From assembly GCA_024346625.1 (NCBI GenBank), contig AP024664.1, forward strand, positions 1,178,001-1,242,000: a stretch of DNA of 64,000 nt. Reading direction: 5' to 3'. Of the stretch, positions 55,076 through 64,000 are shown in pieces. The stretch is from Williopsis jadinii. Its lineage: Eukaryota. Below the pieces are notes generated by a model. That model made no database searches. It saw only the letters and a list, made by a program, of their open reading frames with translations, and had not been told where the DNA came from. Position numbers and translations under genes: made by a program. Position 1 is the stretch's first letter, and the number at the start of each line of letters is the position of its first letter.

Positions 55076-56475
55076 TTCTGTTTATTTATTGTAGGGAGAT
55101 ATGGAGCCGGACACATTGCCAGACGAATACAGTATCCACTGAAGGGTTTATATACCAATCAGTCTCATTGCTAACGTTGTTTACCATGGTGAGATGTCCC
55201 GCTTTGCATGCTCGTTTCGGTCAAGAAGCCACAGTTTTGTACTGTGTATTTGTCCATTTTCTACCCGCATGCACAAAGGAATTAGGGTCGGCTATCAAAT
55301 GATCCAATGAGGATTCACGAGCCTCGTACGATGACCGTGATGGTCCTCGTGGCCAATTGAGACGTCGGCCTTGTTGTGGAAGCGATATAATGCGTGTTTG
55401 TATGGGTGCGAGGGAGAAGCCAATTGGCTCACAAACCTGCTGTACGTTCTGACGGGACATATGTATGTAAAATAATTTGATGCGGCAGAGACTGCTTTTA
55501 GAACTACATATTCGCTTTGGTGGGCCATTGAGAGGTCCGTGCCAATGAAGCCTCACTGGACACGGCAAAAGTATGGTGTCATGACAAGGAATCGTGAGAA
55601 CACATGGGTTGATGGATGGTGGAAGTCGGTCCACTCATGAGCCTTTAAGAAGGCAATAGCATGTGACCAATACACTGACCCTGGTATTGTTCAAATGGTG
55701 TTGCATCTTCGACTGCTCAAATACGTGATCCAGCTTTGTTAGTCATTTGGAGTACTACATGTTATAAGATAATATTAACCCAGATGTGTAGTTAGGCACT
55801 ATTAAACACCAGGGCTTACACTGGGCCAAATCTGTGCCAGTGGCCTAATAAGTGCAATTGATCTTCTGTGAAGGATTAAACTATCAACTCTTAGACAGTA
55901 AACTGTCTGGCAGTACACTGTCTGACATCTCAGCATTGGCACTGATCGAGCGTACATTGACTACCACAGGATGCACCTCGGTGCGCCAAAACTAGTCCGT
56001 GAGCATAGTGGAAGGTCTTCCCGTCACGGTAAACTCCAAGTATGTCTTTGCATTACCATGAGAGCAATGGTCTTTAATCAAGAGCATATATGCTTCGTTC
56101 CTTTTTGAGATACGGGCGACAACAATCGTTCCTGTCCGGTCTAAATTGAACTTGCATGAATTGTGCATTGTAGTGAATTATTGGTTAGAACCAAACCATT
56201 TGTTTGTATCTGAATATGTATTTCTACACCCTACAAGGGAGCACTGAGTGATCTCTTTCTCTTCTTATATATGTGATATGTTCTCACTAACGTTTGGTGT
56301 TTTAGATCTTCAAAATTGATCAGCAACATGTGCCATTATCTTAGCATGGGGGAGTGCATAACAGGATTACAAATCAACTTGACATCACCAAGGACTATAT
56401 AAAGGCAGGCTAATGACGAGTTCACCAAAGTTAGCTTACAATATAACTTTCTGTGTCTGATCTCAGTAAGCAACC

Positions 56476-57639
56476 ATGGAATTTCCAGCACCATTAAGCT
56501 TGAAAGATACACCATTGTTTGAGCCCTTGAAAGTGGGATCGGTAACTTTGGGCCATAGGGTTGTTTTGGCACCTTTAACCAGGTTCAGGGCAAAGCAGAA
56601 TGTACCACAGGAAGTCATGGTACAGTATTACCGTGATCGATCTTCAAAACCTGGAACCTTGGTAATTACTGAAGCCATTGCTGTTTCTCCACAGGATGCT
56701 AATTTAAACCAGCCTGGTATTTGGGCAGAGAACCAAATCGACGGATGGTCACAAATCTTTCACACGATTCATGAGAATCAATCAAATGTCTTTGTTCAAT
56801 TGTTTTCCCTTGGAAGACAAGCATCTCCAGCGTATTTGAAAAGAAATGGTTATGACTATGTGTCTGCCAGTGCAGGCTTATACAAAGACGAAGCCTCTGA
56901 GAGAGAAGCCTTTGAACATGGTTTGGTTCAAAGAGAGCTAACCATTGATGAAATTCATCTCTACACTAACAAGTTTGTCATTGCATCTCAGAATGCAATC
57001 CGTGCTGGTGCGGATGGAGTAGAGCTCCATGCTGCAAATGGATATCTGCTCAACCAATTTTTGGATCCTATCAGTAACGTGAGAACGGATCAGTACGGGG
57101 GTTCTATTGAAAACAGGGCACGGTTTCTCCTGGAAACGATAGATGCAGTTATTAGTGCCATTGGTGCTGATAAAGTGGCTGTTAGGCTATCGCCTTTTAA
57201 CGTATTCGGTGGAATGTCGGGTGTTGAAGAGACTCTTATCGTGGCCCAAAATGCCTACGTCATTGGAGAGCTTGAGAAAAGAGCTCAACAATCTGGTTAC
57301 AGAATTGCGTACATCTCAATAGTTGAGCCGAGAGTAATTGACTCGAACTTGGAAGGTGACTCGGATATCAGTCAAGGTTCTTTCATCTCAACCGACTTCA
57401 TATACTCCATATGGAGAGGCGTCGTTATTAAAGCTGGTAATTTTGCGCATCATCCAGAGCTGATTAGAGTGGAAACTGATAAGCCTCAAACATGTATTGC
57501 GTACGGACGAGTCTTCATATCCAATCCCGATCTTCCTGATCGTTTATACAATGGATGGCCACTGGCAAAGTACAACCGTGATACGTTTTACACGTCAGAA
57601 GATGAAGGTTATAACGACTATCCATTTTACTCAGAATAA
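56476..57639 (+). CDS. OYE2: Old yellow enzyme (NADPH dehydrogenase)
   Basis: LAPLTRFRA, GADGVELHAANGYLLNQF, RTDQYGGSIENRARF, YGRVFISNPDL. Paralog identity uncertain. Confidence 0.85.
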   Translation: MEFPAPLSLKDTPLFEPLKVGSVTLGHRVVLAPLTRFRAKQNVPQEVMVQYYRDRSSKPGTLVITEAIAVSPQDANLNQPGIWAENQIDGWSQIFHTIHENQSNVFVQLFSLGRQASPAYLKRNGYDYVSASAGLYKDEASEREAFEHGLVQRELTIDEIHLYTNKFVIASQNAIRAGADGVELHAANGYLLNQFLDPISNVRTDQYGGSIENRARFLLETIDAVISAIGADKVAVRLSPFNVFGGMSGVEETLIVAQNAYVIGELEKRAQQSGYRIAYISIVEPRVIDSNLEGDSDISQGSFISTDFIYSIWRGVVIKAGNFAHHPELIRVETDKPQTCIAYGRVFISNPDLPDRLYNGWPLAKYNRDTFYTSEDEGYNDYPFYSE

Positions 57640-57841
57640 TATATGTCTCGTCTTTATACGCTTCGAATTTTCGGAATTAGTTGCTGTGGTTAAACTGCGA
57701 TGTGGGGGATTCCGATTTCGAACCTCGTCAGGGGTAAAAACAAAAATAAAAGCTGGAAAACGTAATGAATTCCATATGTAAACAAACACAAAGAGATATA
57801 AACAAACATAAACAATTGCTAAAGTATCACAATTGCAAGTG

Positions 57842-60800
57842 ATGTCTCTGTATCCTGACGCCATAGTAGATCAAGTCCTTCAAGAACTTGCCTATGAAAA
57901 CACCGATGGAGTGAACTGGGATCGTGTTTGGTCAATTGTTAGCCAGAAACATCCTGTTGATGACCTGTACAAGAATTTGATATATCAATGGCTCAAAGGT
58001 AACCCCAATGTTGAGCACCTTGACGCGTCTGGAAACACACTAAAAGATGTTCCAGATGACATGCAATCCAACAATGGACTCATAAGGCTCAAGAGAGATT
58101 ACCTGTGGGTTGCTCTTACCGGCGCACCGGAAAGGAATAACCCAATTCAGGCATCAGCATTCCAATTACTGTGTGCAATTGGACAGGCGCGTTCTGAAGG
58201 TATAGAATCAACTGAACTGATCAAGGTCACGAAACAAGACAAGAGGAGTCTAACCCAAAGGGTGAAAAGGATCCAACATCTGATCAAAAAGGTACCAATT
58301 GTAAAAGGTGGTCGTTCTCTACAATGGTTTATACTGTTGAAATTCTTTGATGAAACTCGTCTTAACGAGTTTTCCATTCAGTCAAAGGACAACACTCTTA
58401 CTACACAACCTCAAGAACTCAGAGAGAGAATCGTCAAAGTATTGAAGGATGCTAAAGCTGGACTAAGACAAGTTCTCGATCTGCGTAGGGAATTGGAGAT
58501 GGACAAAACACCACGCTTGTGTATCGCATTCAAATCCACAATCAACTACTTGAAGGATAAAGGGTACATTTCCAAAGTTATTGTTATGTCGCCTGAATCA
58601 CCAACTGTCAAAATTCGAGCAGTGAAGTATCTCAAGGATTATATTCGAAAAGGTGACAATGATGAAAATGATATCTTTGATGACGATCTCGATGATGGTA
58701 ATGAAGATGTCGAAGACCAACTCAAAGAAAATGAGGATGATTACGATCAAACTACTTTGAAAAGTATAGCTGATGCTCAAGTTATCGATAGTGCAATGAT
58801 TGAATCTGATGTTCCATTATTCAACAGGTTCTATCCTTTCCAATCTCAAATCTATGAAATGGTCAACAAAGGAGGAACCACTGGGCTGTCTGCCAATGAA
58901 TTACAGAATCAACTATTTGGAATGGAGTATACACGTCTATTCTCTCGCTTTATGGATTACTATACATCTGGTACATTCACCACCACTTTGGCTAATTATG
59001 GTATCGTAAGGCACTATGACTTCCATGGACGAGTAAAGTTTTACCGTTATCTAACTCGTCCCAATCTGCTACGGTTATCGTCACAGCCTGAAGATAACCT
59101 TGGATCATCATTACCAAAACTTACTCTTCCAGTACATTCCTTGACTGAGCTCAATGAGTCGTTGTTCTATCCTTTGGTGTCAAATCCATCTGTGAAGGTT
59201 ATAGACGGTGTGCCAAAAGTGCACTGGGTATCAACAGAAGATGATGCCTCCGGAAACATTGACTCCGAGCCAACGCGTAAAAGATCCCATACTAAGGACA
59301 AAGGAGACACATCTACTAAAAAACAAAAGAAGACTCAATTACCTCCATTACCTGAAACCACAAAGGAAATCCAAGTTATAGGTGATACAAAAGATAATCC
59401 TTTGGTCATATCTAATATCCAGGGTATGTCATTTAAGGCAATTGAGAGACAAGCCTGCATGCTACGGGTCTTGGAGGACCATCAGGGAATCATGGAAAAT
59501 GGGTTTTCATTCCGTGATGAAGTGAACTCAGAAATGGGATTTATCATTGATAAAAAGACTTCAACAAGGGATACAGCATCTCTTATTGAGCAAAAGAAAC
59601 TGCTCGTGGAAAAGTTTACCCTTGAAAATGGCACCTCTGTTGAACTTTTGATCAGTCCATATGCTTCACAAGAAACGATTGAGAGTTTCAAGAGAGTGCT
59701 TGGTACATCGATAGTTGATAAGAAGCATCATATAGGATCTAACTATGAACATGTCGAAGCAGATATTGACTTTTTCGATATGGAATTGAGAGATTCCTTA
59801 TTGGCACCATCCCAAAGGTCAAAGCAGTCTACACAACCCCACTCTACTGGCTTGGTTGGCTCTAATAAGGCCAAGGTTGTGAAACCAAAAAGTTTGAAAA
59901 AGAAGAATGTGGACCAGGTAAAACAGAAACTAGCCGAAGGAAAACACCATAGTGATGATTCAGTTGCATCAAATTCAGGTCAAGATAGAAGAGACTCCCT
60001 TGAGGATTGGCTTCATAATAAGCGCAAACGTACACCTTTTGAAAAGGTTGAAAGCGATTCCAAATTGGGTCGTAAGCGTCGCTCTGCTCAATTGAATTCT
60101 GAATCGATGATGTACCTCTTCAAAGCTGTCATTATTTGCAAGACTCTTACTGAAAACCAAATTGATTGGGTAAAGATTTCTGAACTCGAACAATTTGAAG
60201 GTATTTTGCCAGGAGAACTCCGCTCTCGATGGCCAAAGGTTCGGATGATGATGGGCCCTACCGGTATAAAAGTTGCAAGACGTACATGGAGGAAGATATT
60301 GCTTGATGGACTAAAAGACAAGCGTATTCCTATGAGTGCTGTTGAAGACTTAGATATCGAAACTATGATTTCATTTTGGAACAATGATGTTGTCCCAGGC
60401 GATGTATCAACTGAGAACACAGAAAAGTTATTCGTGGATCTCGATGAAAACTTCAGGCATTACAACTTTGTCAAGTCGAATGCCACGGGTGCGGTGAGTG
60501 GACAGTATGACAGTAACTCCATGGTTCAAAGAGAGAATTATTTAGTGAACCAGGTGTTTACTTATACGGATAAGGATGACCCACTGGATACTCATTTATC
60601 AAAAGAGGATATCATACGAAACGTTATTATTGCCATTATTGCCAGTGGTCAAAACTTTGAGCTGAAATCGTTGGATGTCCTAAAACAGTTCACAACCGAG
60701 GATATTGACTCTGTATTCTTGAAGATGACAAAGGGCAGGGAAATCGTTGTATCTTCAGATTCCAAGGCGATCCTAGGTGAACGGCTAAATGCTGTTTTGA

Positions 60801-61369
60801 CTGATCATTCGTATGACTTTTCAATGGGGAAAGTTGCCAAATTTCAACAAGTGCTAAAAGAATTGTGCCAACATGACAAGGGACTCATACTGGATCCTAT
60901 TTTCGACAACTCGTGTATGGTTTCCATTCTAGAGCTGATCAAGGACAACGCCGTAAACGTGACAAGAGTCGATCATTATAGAAAAGAAATCTTGAATGGT
61001 TATGAGGCAAGGCTTCTTGAGAGAGATAAGTTAGACTGCGACGTCATTCTTTCAAAAGGTGCTTCCGAGATTCGTGGTTTGCCAGTCAAATCCATTCCTG
61101 TCCCGCATGGGTCGCCTTGTTCGCGCATTTGGATTGATCTTGGAGGACAGATCAATAAAGCTATATGGACCAAGATACTGAGAGCAACACTAGTGACAAT
61201 TCTATCAAACCCTGGCATCACATTCACGGGAATCTATGATGCTATTGGTGTACTTCTATGTGTGGAAGATGCCCAATTGGTACTACAATGGTTGGTCGAT
61301 TCCCGTGCCATTCGTCTCGGTGAAATGGATGGCTACTGGCTCGAGCCTGAGTGGTACATGGTTGTTTAA
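57842..61369 (+). CDS. TFC3: TFIIIC B-box-binding subunit tau138
   Basis: FQLLCAIGQARSEGI..QDKRSL, FNRFYPFQSQIY, RHYDFHGRVKFYRY, PCSRIWID. Confidence 0.85.
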   Translation: MSLYPDAIVDQVLQELAYENTDGVNWDRVWSIVSQKHPVDDLYKNLIYQWLKGNPNVEHLDASGNTLKDVPDDMQSNNGLIRLKRDYLWVALTGAPERNNPIQASAFQLLCAIGQARSEGIESTELIKVTKQDKRSLTQRVKRIQHLIKKVPIVKGGRSLQWFILLKFFDETRLNEFSIQSKDNTLTTQPQELRERIVKVLKDAKAGLRQVLDLRRELEMDKTPRLCIAFKSTINYLKDKGYISKVIVMSPESPTVKIRAVKYLKDYIRKGDNDENDIFDDDLDDGNEDVEDQLKENEDDYDQTTLKSIADAQVIDSAMIESDVPLFNRFYPFQSQIYEMVNKGGTTGLSANELQNQLFGMEYTRLFSRFMDYYTSGTFTTTLANYGIVRHYDFHGRVKFYRYLTRPNLLRLSSQPEDNLGSSLPKLTLPVHSLTELNESLFYPLVSNPSVKVIDGVPKVHWVSTEDDASGNIDSEPTRKRSHTKDKGDTSTKKQKKTQLPPLPETTKEIQVIGDTKDNPLVISNIQGMSFKAIERQACMLRVLEDHQGIMENGFSFRDEVNSEMGFIIDKKTSTRDTASLIEQKKLLVEKFTLENGTSVELLISPYASQETIESFKRVLGTSIVDKKHHIGSNYEHVEADIDFFDMELRDSLLAPSQRSKQSTQPHSTGLVGSNKAKVVKPKSLKKKNVDQVKQKLAEGKHHSDDSVASNSGQDRRDSLEDWLHNKRKRTPFEKVESDSKLGRKRRSAQLNSESMMYLFKAVIICKTLTENQIDWVKISELEQFEGILPGELRSRWPKVRMMMGPTGIKVARRTWRKILLDGLKDKRIPMSAVEDLDIETMISFWNNDVVPGDVSTENTEKLFVDLDENFRHYNFVKSNATGAVSGQYDSNSMVQRENYLVNQVFTYTDKDDPLDTHLSKEDIIRNVIIAIIASGQNFELKSLDVLKQFTTEDIDSVFLKMTKGREIVVSSDSKAILGERLNAVLTDHSYDFSMGKVAKFQQVLKELCQHDKGLILDPIFDNSCMVSILELIKDNAVNVTRVDHYRKEILNGYEARLLERDKLDCDVILSKGASEIRGLPVKSIPVPHGSPCSRIWIDLGGQINKAIWTKILRATLVTILSNPGITFTGIYDAIGVLLCVEDAQLVLQWLVDSRAIRLGEMDGYWLEPEWYMVV

Positions 61370-61565
61370 TATAACATCAACTGTCTATTACACCGTTACC
61401 TGTAATTGTTAGTTTGGCCTCAGTAGAAAGAAATTCCTTCCGGCGTGGGGAAAATCGCGAGGGATTTCGGGGAGGGAAAAAAATGTCACCAACAGCAACG
61501 TCATCAAACTACAGCGTACTTTCTTTAGTAGAAAAGAGTATAAACATTGTATAAGACAAACCAAT

Positions 61566-61907
61566 ATGCCACCAGTTCAGCAAATGCAACAGTTTGGCCA
61601 TGAGCCATCCAACTTCGAGAAGTTCAAGATGGGAGCGATGATGGGTACCACGGTTGGTGTTGTCGTCGGAGTCCTTTTTGGCGGTTTCTCCATCATTACA
61701 CAGGGCCCAGGTCCAAACGGTGTTATGAGAACACTGGGCCAGTACATTGGTGGTTCTGCTGCCACCTTCGGGCTCTTCATGTCTGTTGGTTCTGTCATTA
61801 GATCCGATACTCAAAGACTCGAAGAGTCTACAATGTCGAGAGCGGAGGCCATGGCACTAACGAGGGCTAGATTTGAGATTCTCGGTGAACAAGTCAGAAG
61901 AAGATGA
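61566..61907 (+). CDS. MGR2: TIM23 subunit Mgr2 (Romo1 family)
   Basis: [33 protein letters not shown]. Confidence 0.92.
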   Translation: MPPVQQMQQFGHEPSNFEKFKMGAMMGTTVGVVVGVLFGGFSIITQGPGPNGVMRTLGQYIGGSAATFGLFMSVGSVIRSDTQRLEESTMSRAEAMALTRARFEILGEQVRRR

Positions 61908-62166
61908 TTGTTCTGGTATGTTCATTAATACGGGAAAAGAAGAAGAACCAATGAATGTCAACTTGTATATATTCCGCTGTTATCGATGTAGTTCCTTGTG
62001 TGCACTCTCGACATCGCGATGCACCAGAGTATACAGCATGAGAGCTTTCTTTGAGTGGTTGTGTGAATATGCTCTCAAGTAGTATAAATAGAGCACCTTG
62101 AGACCTGCTCTTCGAAACCTCTTGAGAACCCTTTCTTTTGCTGCTCAAGACAATAAAACCAGAGTC

Positions 62167-63615
62167 ATGCACCAGACCATTACGCTTATAGCATCATCAT
62201 TAGCACTTGTATATGGAGCCAATGTAACACTGTACGATGGGGCCTTAAGTATACCAATCTATGATGAGATCAACTTCATAAGCGTTGATGTTGATATCGG
62301 CAGCCCTTCTCAGAGTGTAAGACTGCTATTGGATACCGGTTCAGACATTTCATGGGTTGTAAGTCCAGAAAACCCATACTGCGAACCAGCAGTCGGGGAC
62401 TCGCCAAATGACCCAAAGATTGATCCTCTAGAGTGGATAAACTGTCATAAGAATGGCTTATTTGAGTGCAAGGACAGTGCCACTTGTGAACAGACCAAGG
62501 AGGAATTCACAATCAAATATGGGGATGCAACATCAGTACATGGCGTATATTCAAGCGACGTGTTCACCGTGGGTGACGGTGGAGTCCCCATTGAATACGA
62601 CTTTGGCCTATCAAAGACAACAAACTCGTCGTTTGGTGTGTTTGCCCTTGGTATTCCGAGCCCAGAGCTGAAGAAGGGCATTCCAACTTACCGGCACCAA
62701 AACTATGCCATGAGATTGAAAGAAGAAGGCATCATTGAAAGAGCGGTGTTCAACGTATGGCTAAACGATGGAGATGACAGCTCTGGTGAGCTGTTATTCG
62801 GCGCCATCGACACGGCCAAATTCGTCCCGCCCTTGCTCTCGATGAAGTTCGTCACTGAAGATGGAGCCAACAAGCCATTACGGCGGTTTGACGTTGTGCT
62901 TTCGGGCATTTCAGTGAGCAGGTACATCAACACTGAGCCAGAGGAGCTATTCAACATGGCTGAAGACTATGAGGGCCGACTGATCACCGCTCTTCCAGAC
63001 ACCGGCTCACGGATGACGTACCTGCCACAGCCGTTGTACGAGGCCATCCTGTCGCTGTTTGACGAGAGCATCCGGCTCTCAGAGAACAGATACGCCGTGG
63101 AGTGTCCAACCAACGGTACAATCTCCTTCAAGTTTGGAACATCCAGTGTAAACGTCCCCTTATCTCACTTCATCACGGACAAGAACTGGGCTCTTCCACG
63201 GCTATCAATGCACCCACAGTACGATCCGAGAAGGAAGTACTGCATGTTTGGGTTCATGCCCAGGGCTGGCGATAAGGTGGTGCTTGGCCATGCCTTCTTC
63301 AGGTCCGTATACACCGTCTTCGACCTGGATATGATGCAGCTGTTGGTGGCGCCGGCTGTTTACACTGCCAACTCCAACATCGAACTCATCACGCTGGCCA
63401 ACAACTTCATCAGCGTGCCAGACGGGGTCCTGGAGGACGGTAACCTCGCGTCGCCAGAGATGCTTGACCCGAGTGTTGATTTCATCCCAGATACGAGTTC
63501 CAGCTTCTACAAGCTTCCCTACGCCAATGGCGGCATACCATCACCACATCGTACAGGCGGTGCGCTTGGGCAGATTGCTCAACTGCTGCTGGTCGTGCTA
63601 TGGCTGTCCAGATGA
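62167..63615 (+). CDS. Secreted/GPI aspartic protease (yapsin/Bar1 family)
   Basis: Signal peptide, IGSPSQ, two DTGS motifs, IKYGD flap, GAIDTAKF, LGHAFFRSVYTVFD, hydrophobic C-terminus. Confidence 0.85.
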   Translation: MHQTITLIASSLALVYGANVTLYDGALSIPIYDEINFISVDVDIGSPSQSVRLLLDTGSDISWVVSPENPYCEPAVGDSPNDPKIDPLEWINCHKNGLFECKDSATCEQTKEEFTIKYGDATSVHGVYSSDVFTVGDGGVPIEYDFGLSKTTNSSFGVFALGIPSPELKKGIPTYRHQNYAMRLKEEGIIERAVFNVWLNDGDDSSGELLFGAIDTAKFVPPLLSMKFVTEDGANKPLRRFDVVLSGISVSRYINTEPEELFNMAEDYEGRLITALPDTGSRMTYLPQPLYEAILSLFDESIRLSENRYAVECPTNGTISFKFGTSSVNVPLSHFITDKNWALPRLSMHPQYDPRRKYCMFGFMPRAGDKVVLGHAFFRSVYTVFDLDMMQLLVAPAVYTANSNIELITLANNFISVPDGVLEDGNLASPEMLDPSVDFIPDTSSSFYKLPYANGGIPSPHRTGGALGQIAQLLLVVLWLSR

Positions 63616-63829
63616 AGGCCGCCACGCCCGCTCTGTCCCCGTGTGCGAAGACGTAGTGATGACGGCCTGGTGATGTCCTTCCCACTGCGCAACCGGCTTT
63701 AGCCCCCCGTCCACCGTCGAGTGCAGCATCGTGTGCTGATCTTTCTCTTGTATAAAAGGAGCAGTCTGGGCTCTCTGTGTGTGTGTGTCTTGGTCTTCCT
63801 CTGTTGCTATCTGAAGGAAGAATCTGATA

Positions 63830-64000
63830 ATGAAAGCTCCAACACCACGTTGCTTGTTTGTTCGTCATGGCCAGACTGAGTGGTCCAAGTCTGGACAGTA
63901 CACCTCAGTCACTGACCTGTCGCTGACGCAGTTTGGTGTGAATCAGATGAGACGGACAGGGAAGATTCTCTTCTCCACTGAGTTCGTCAAGGCCGAGTCG
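63830..64000 (+). CDS. SHB17: Sedoheptulose-1,7-bisphosphatase (3'-partial; absent from ORF track)
   Basis: MKAPTPRCLFVRHGQTEWSKSGQYTSVTDLSLT with RHG motif; TATAAA at about 63751. Confidence 0.88.
   Translation, partial: MKAPTPRCLFVRHGQTEWSKSGQYTSVTDLSLTQFGVNQMRRTGKILFSTEFVKAES

Noticed and set aside
62900..63700. Higher GC in the protease 3' half as horizontal transfer
   Set aside because: Similar GC-rich stretches occur in native genes in the window; the protein is fungal-type.
63656..63739. Second GTGATGA...CTGA pair
   Set aside because: No recognisable rRNA guide; lies in the SHB17 promoter.
63830..64000. Alternative CUG-Ser genetic code
   Set aside because: CTG encodes conserved Leu positions (e.g. 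GAC CTG TCG CTG in SHB17).

Overview
Gene-dense window from a non-WGD budding yeast (Saccharomycotina). It uses the standard code (CTG sits at conserved Leu positions) and has short introns with TACTAAC/GACTAAC branch points; a Phaffomycetaceae-like origin is an inference. It holds about 35 protein genes: PAC11 (partial), ADH6-like, MRPL25, ARG8, JEN1-like, KSS1/CEK1 MAPK, RIM101, NUD1, MDG1/CRP1, WSC, an F-box protein, GID8, ERG29-like, two TIR genes, AFB1, REC114, MUP3, GST, RIC1, COF1, LDB18, SLM3, a CENP-B/Tc5-HTH polyQ protein, HSF1, NAP1, MAM3, RTK1, FMO1, OYE, TFC3, MGR2, a yapsin and SHB17 (partial), plus an intron-containing tRNA-Lys(UUU). Four spliced genes missed by the ORF track were rebuilt by hand (ARG8, MDG1, REC114, COF1). 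No transposon, CRISPR array or rRNA was seen. Best leads: a REC114 intron needing either a non-consensus donor or a 30-39 nt size; a long hairpin in COF1 intron 1 beside an 11-nt microexon; an orphan small membrane ORF with pheromone-response elements next to the MAPK; a domesticated-transposase DNA-binding protein with a 12-bp promoter minisatellite; an alpha-specific-type Mcm1 operator at AFB1; and a 1.4-kb decayed ORF. Gene names come from remembered motifs and gene order, not from database searches. I cannot claim a clearly new biological system from sequence alone.
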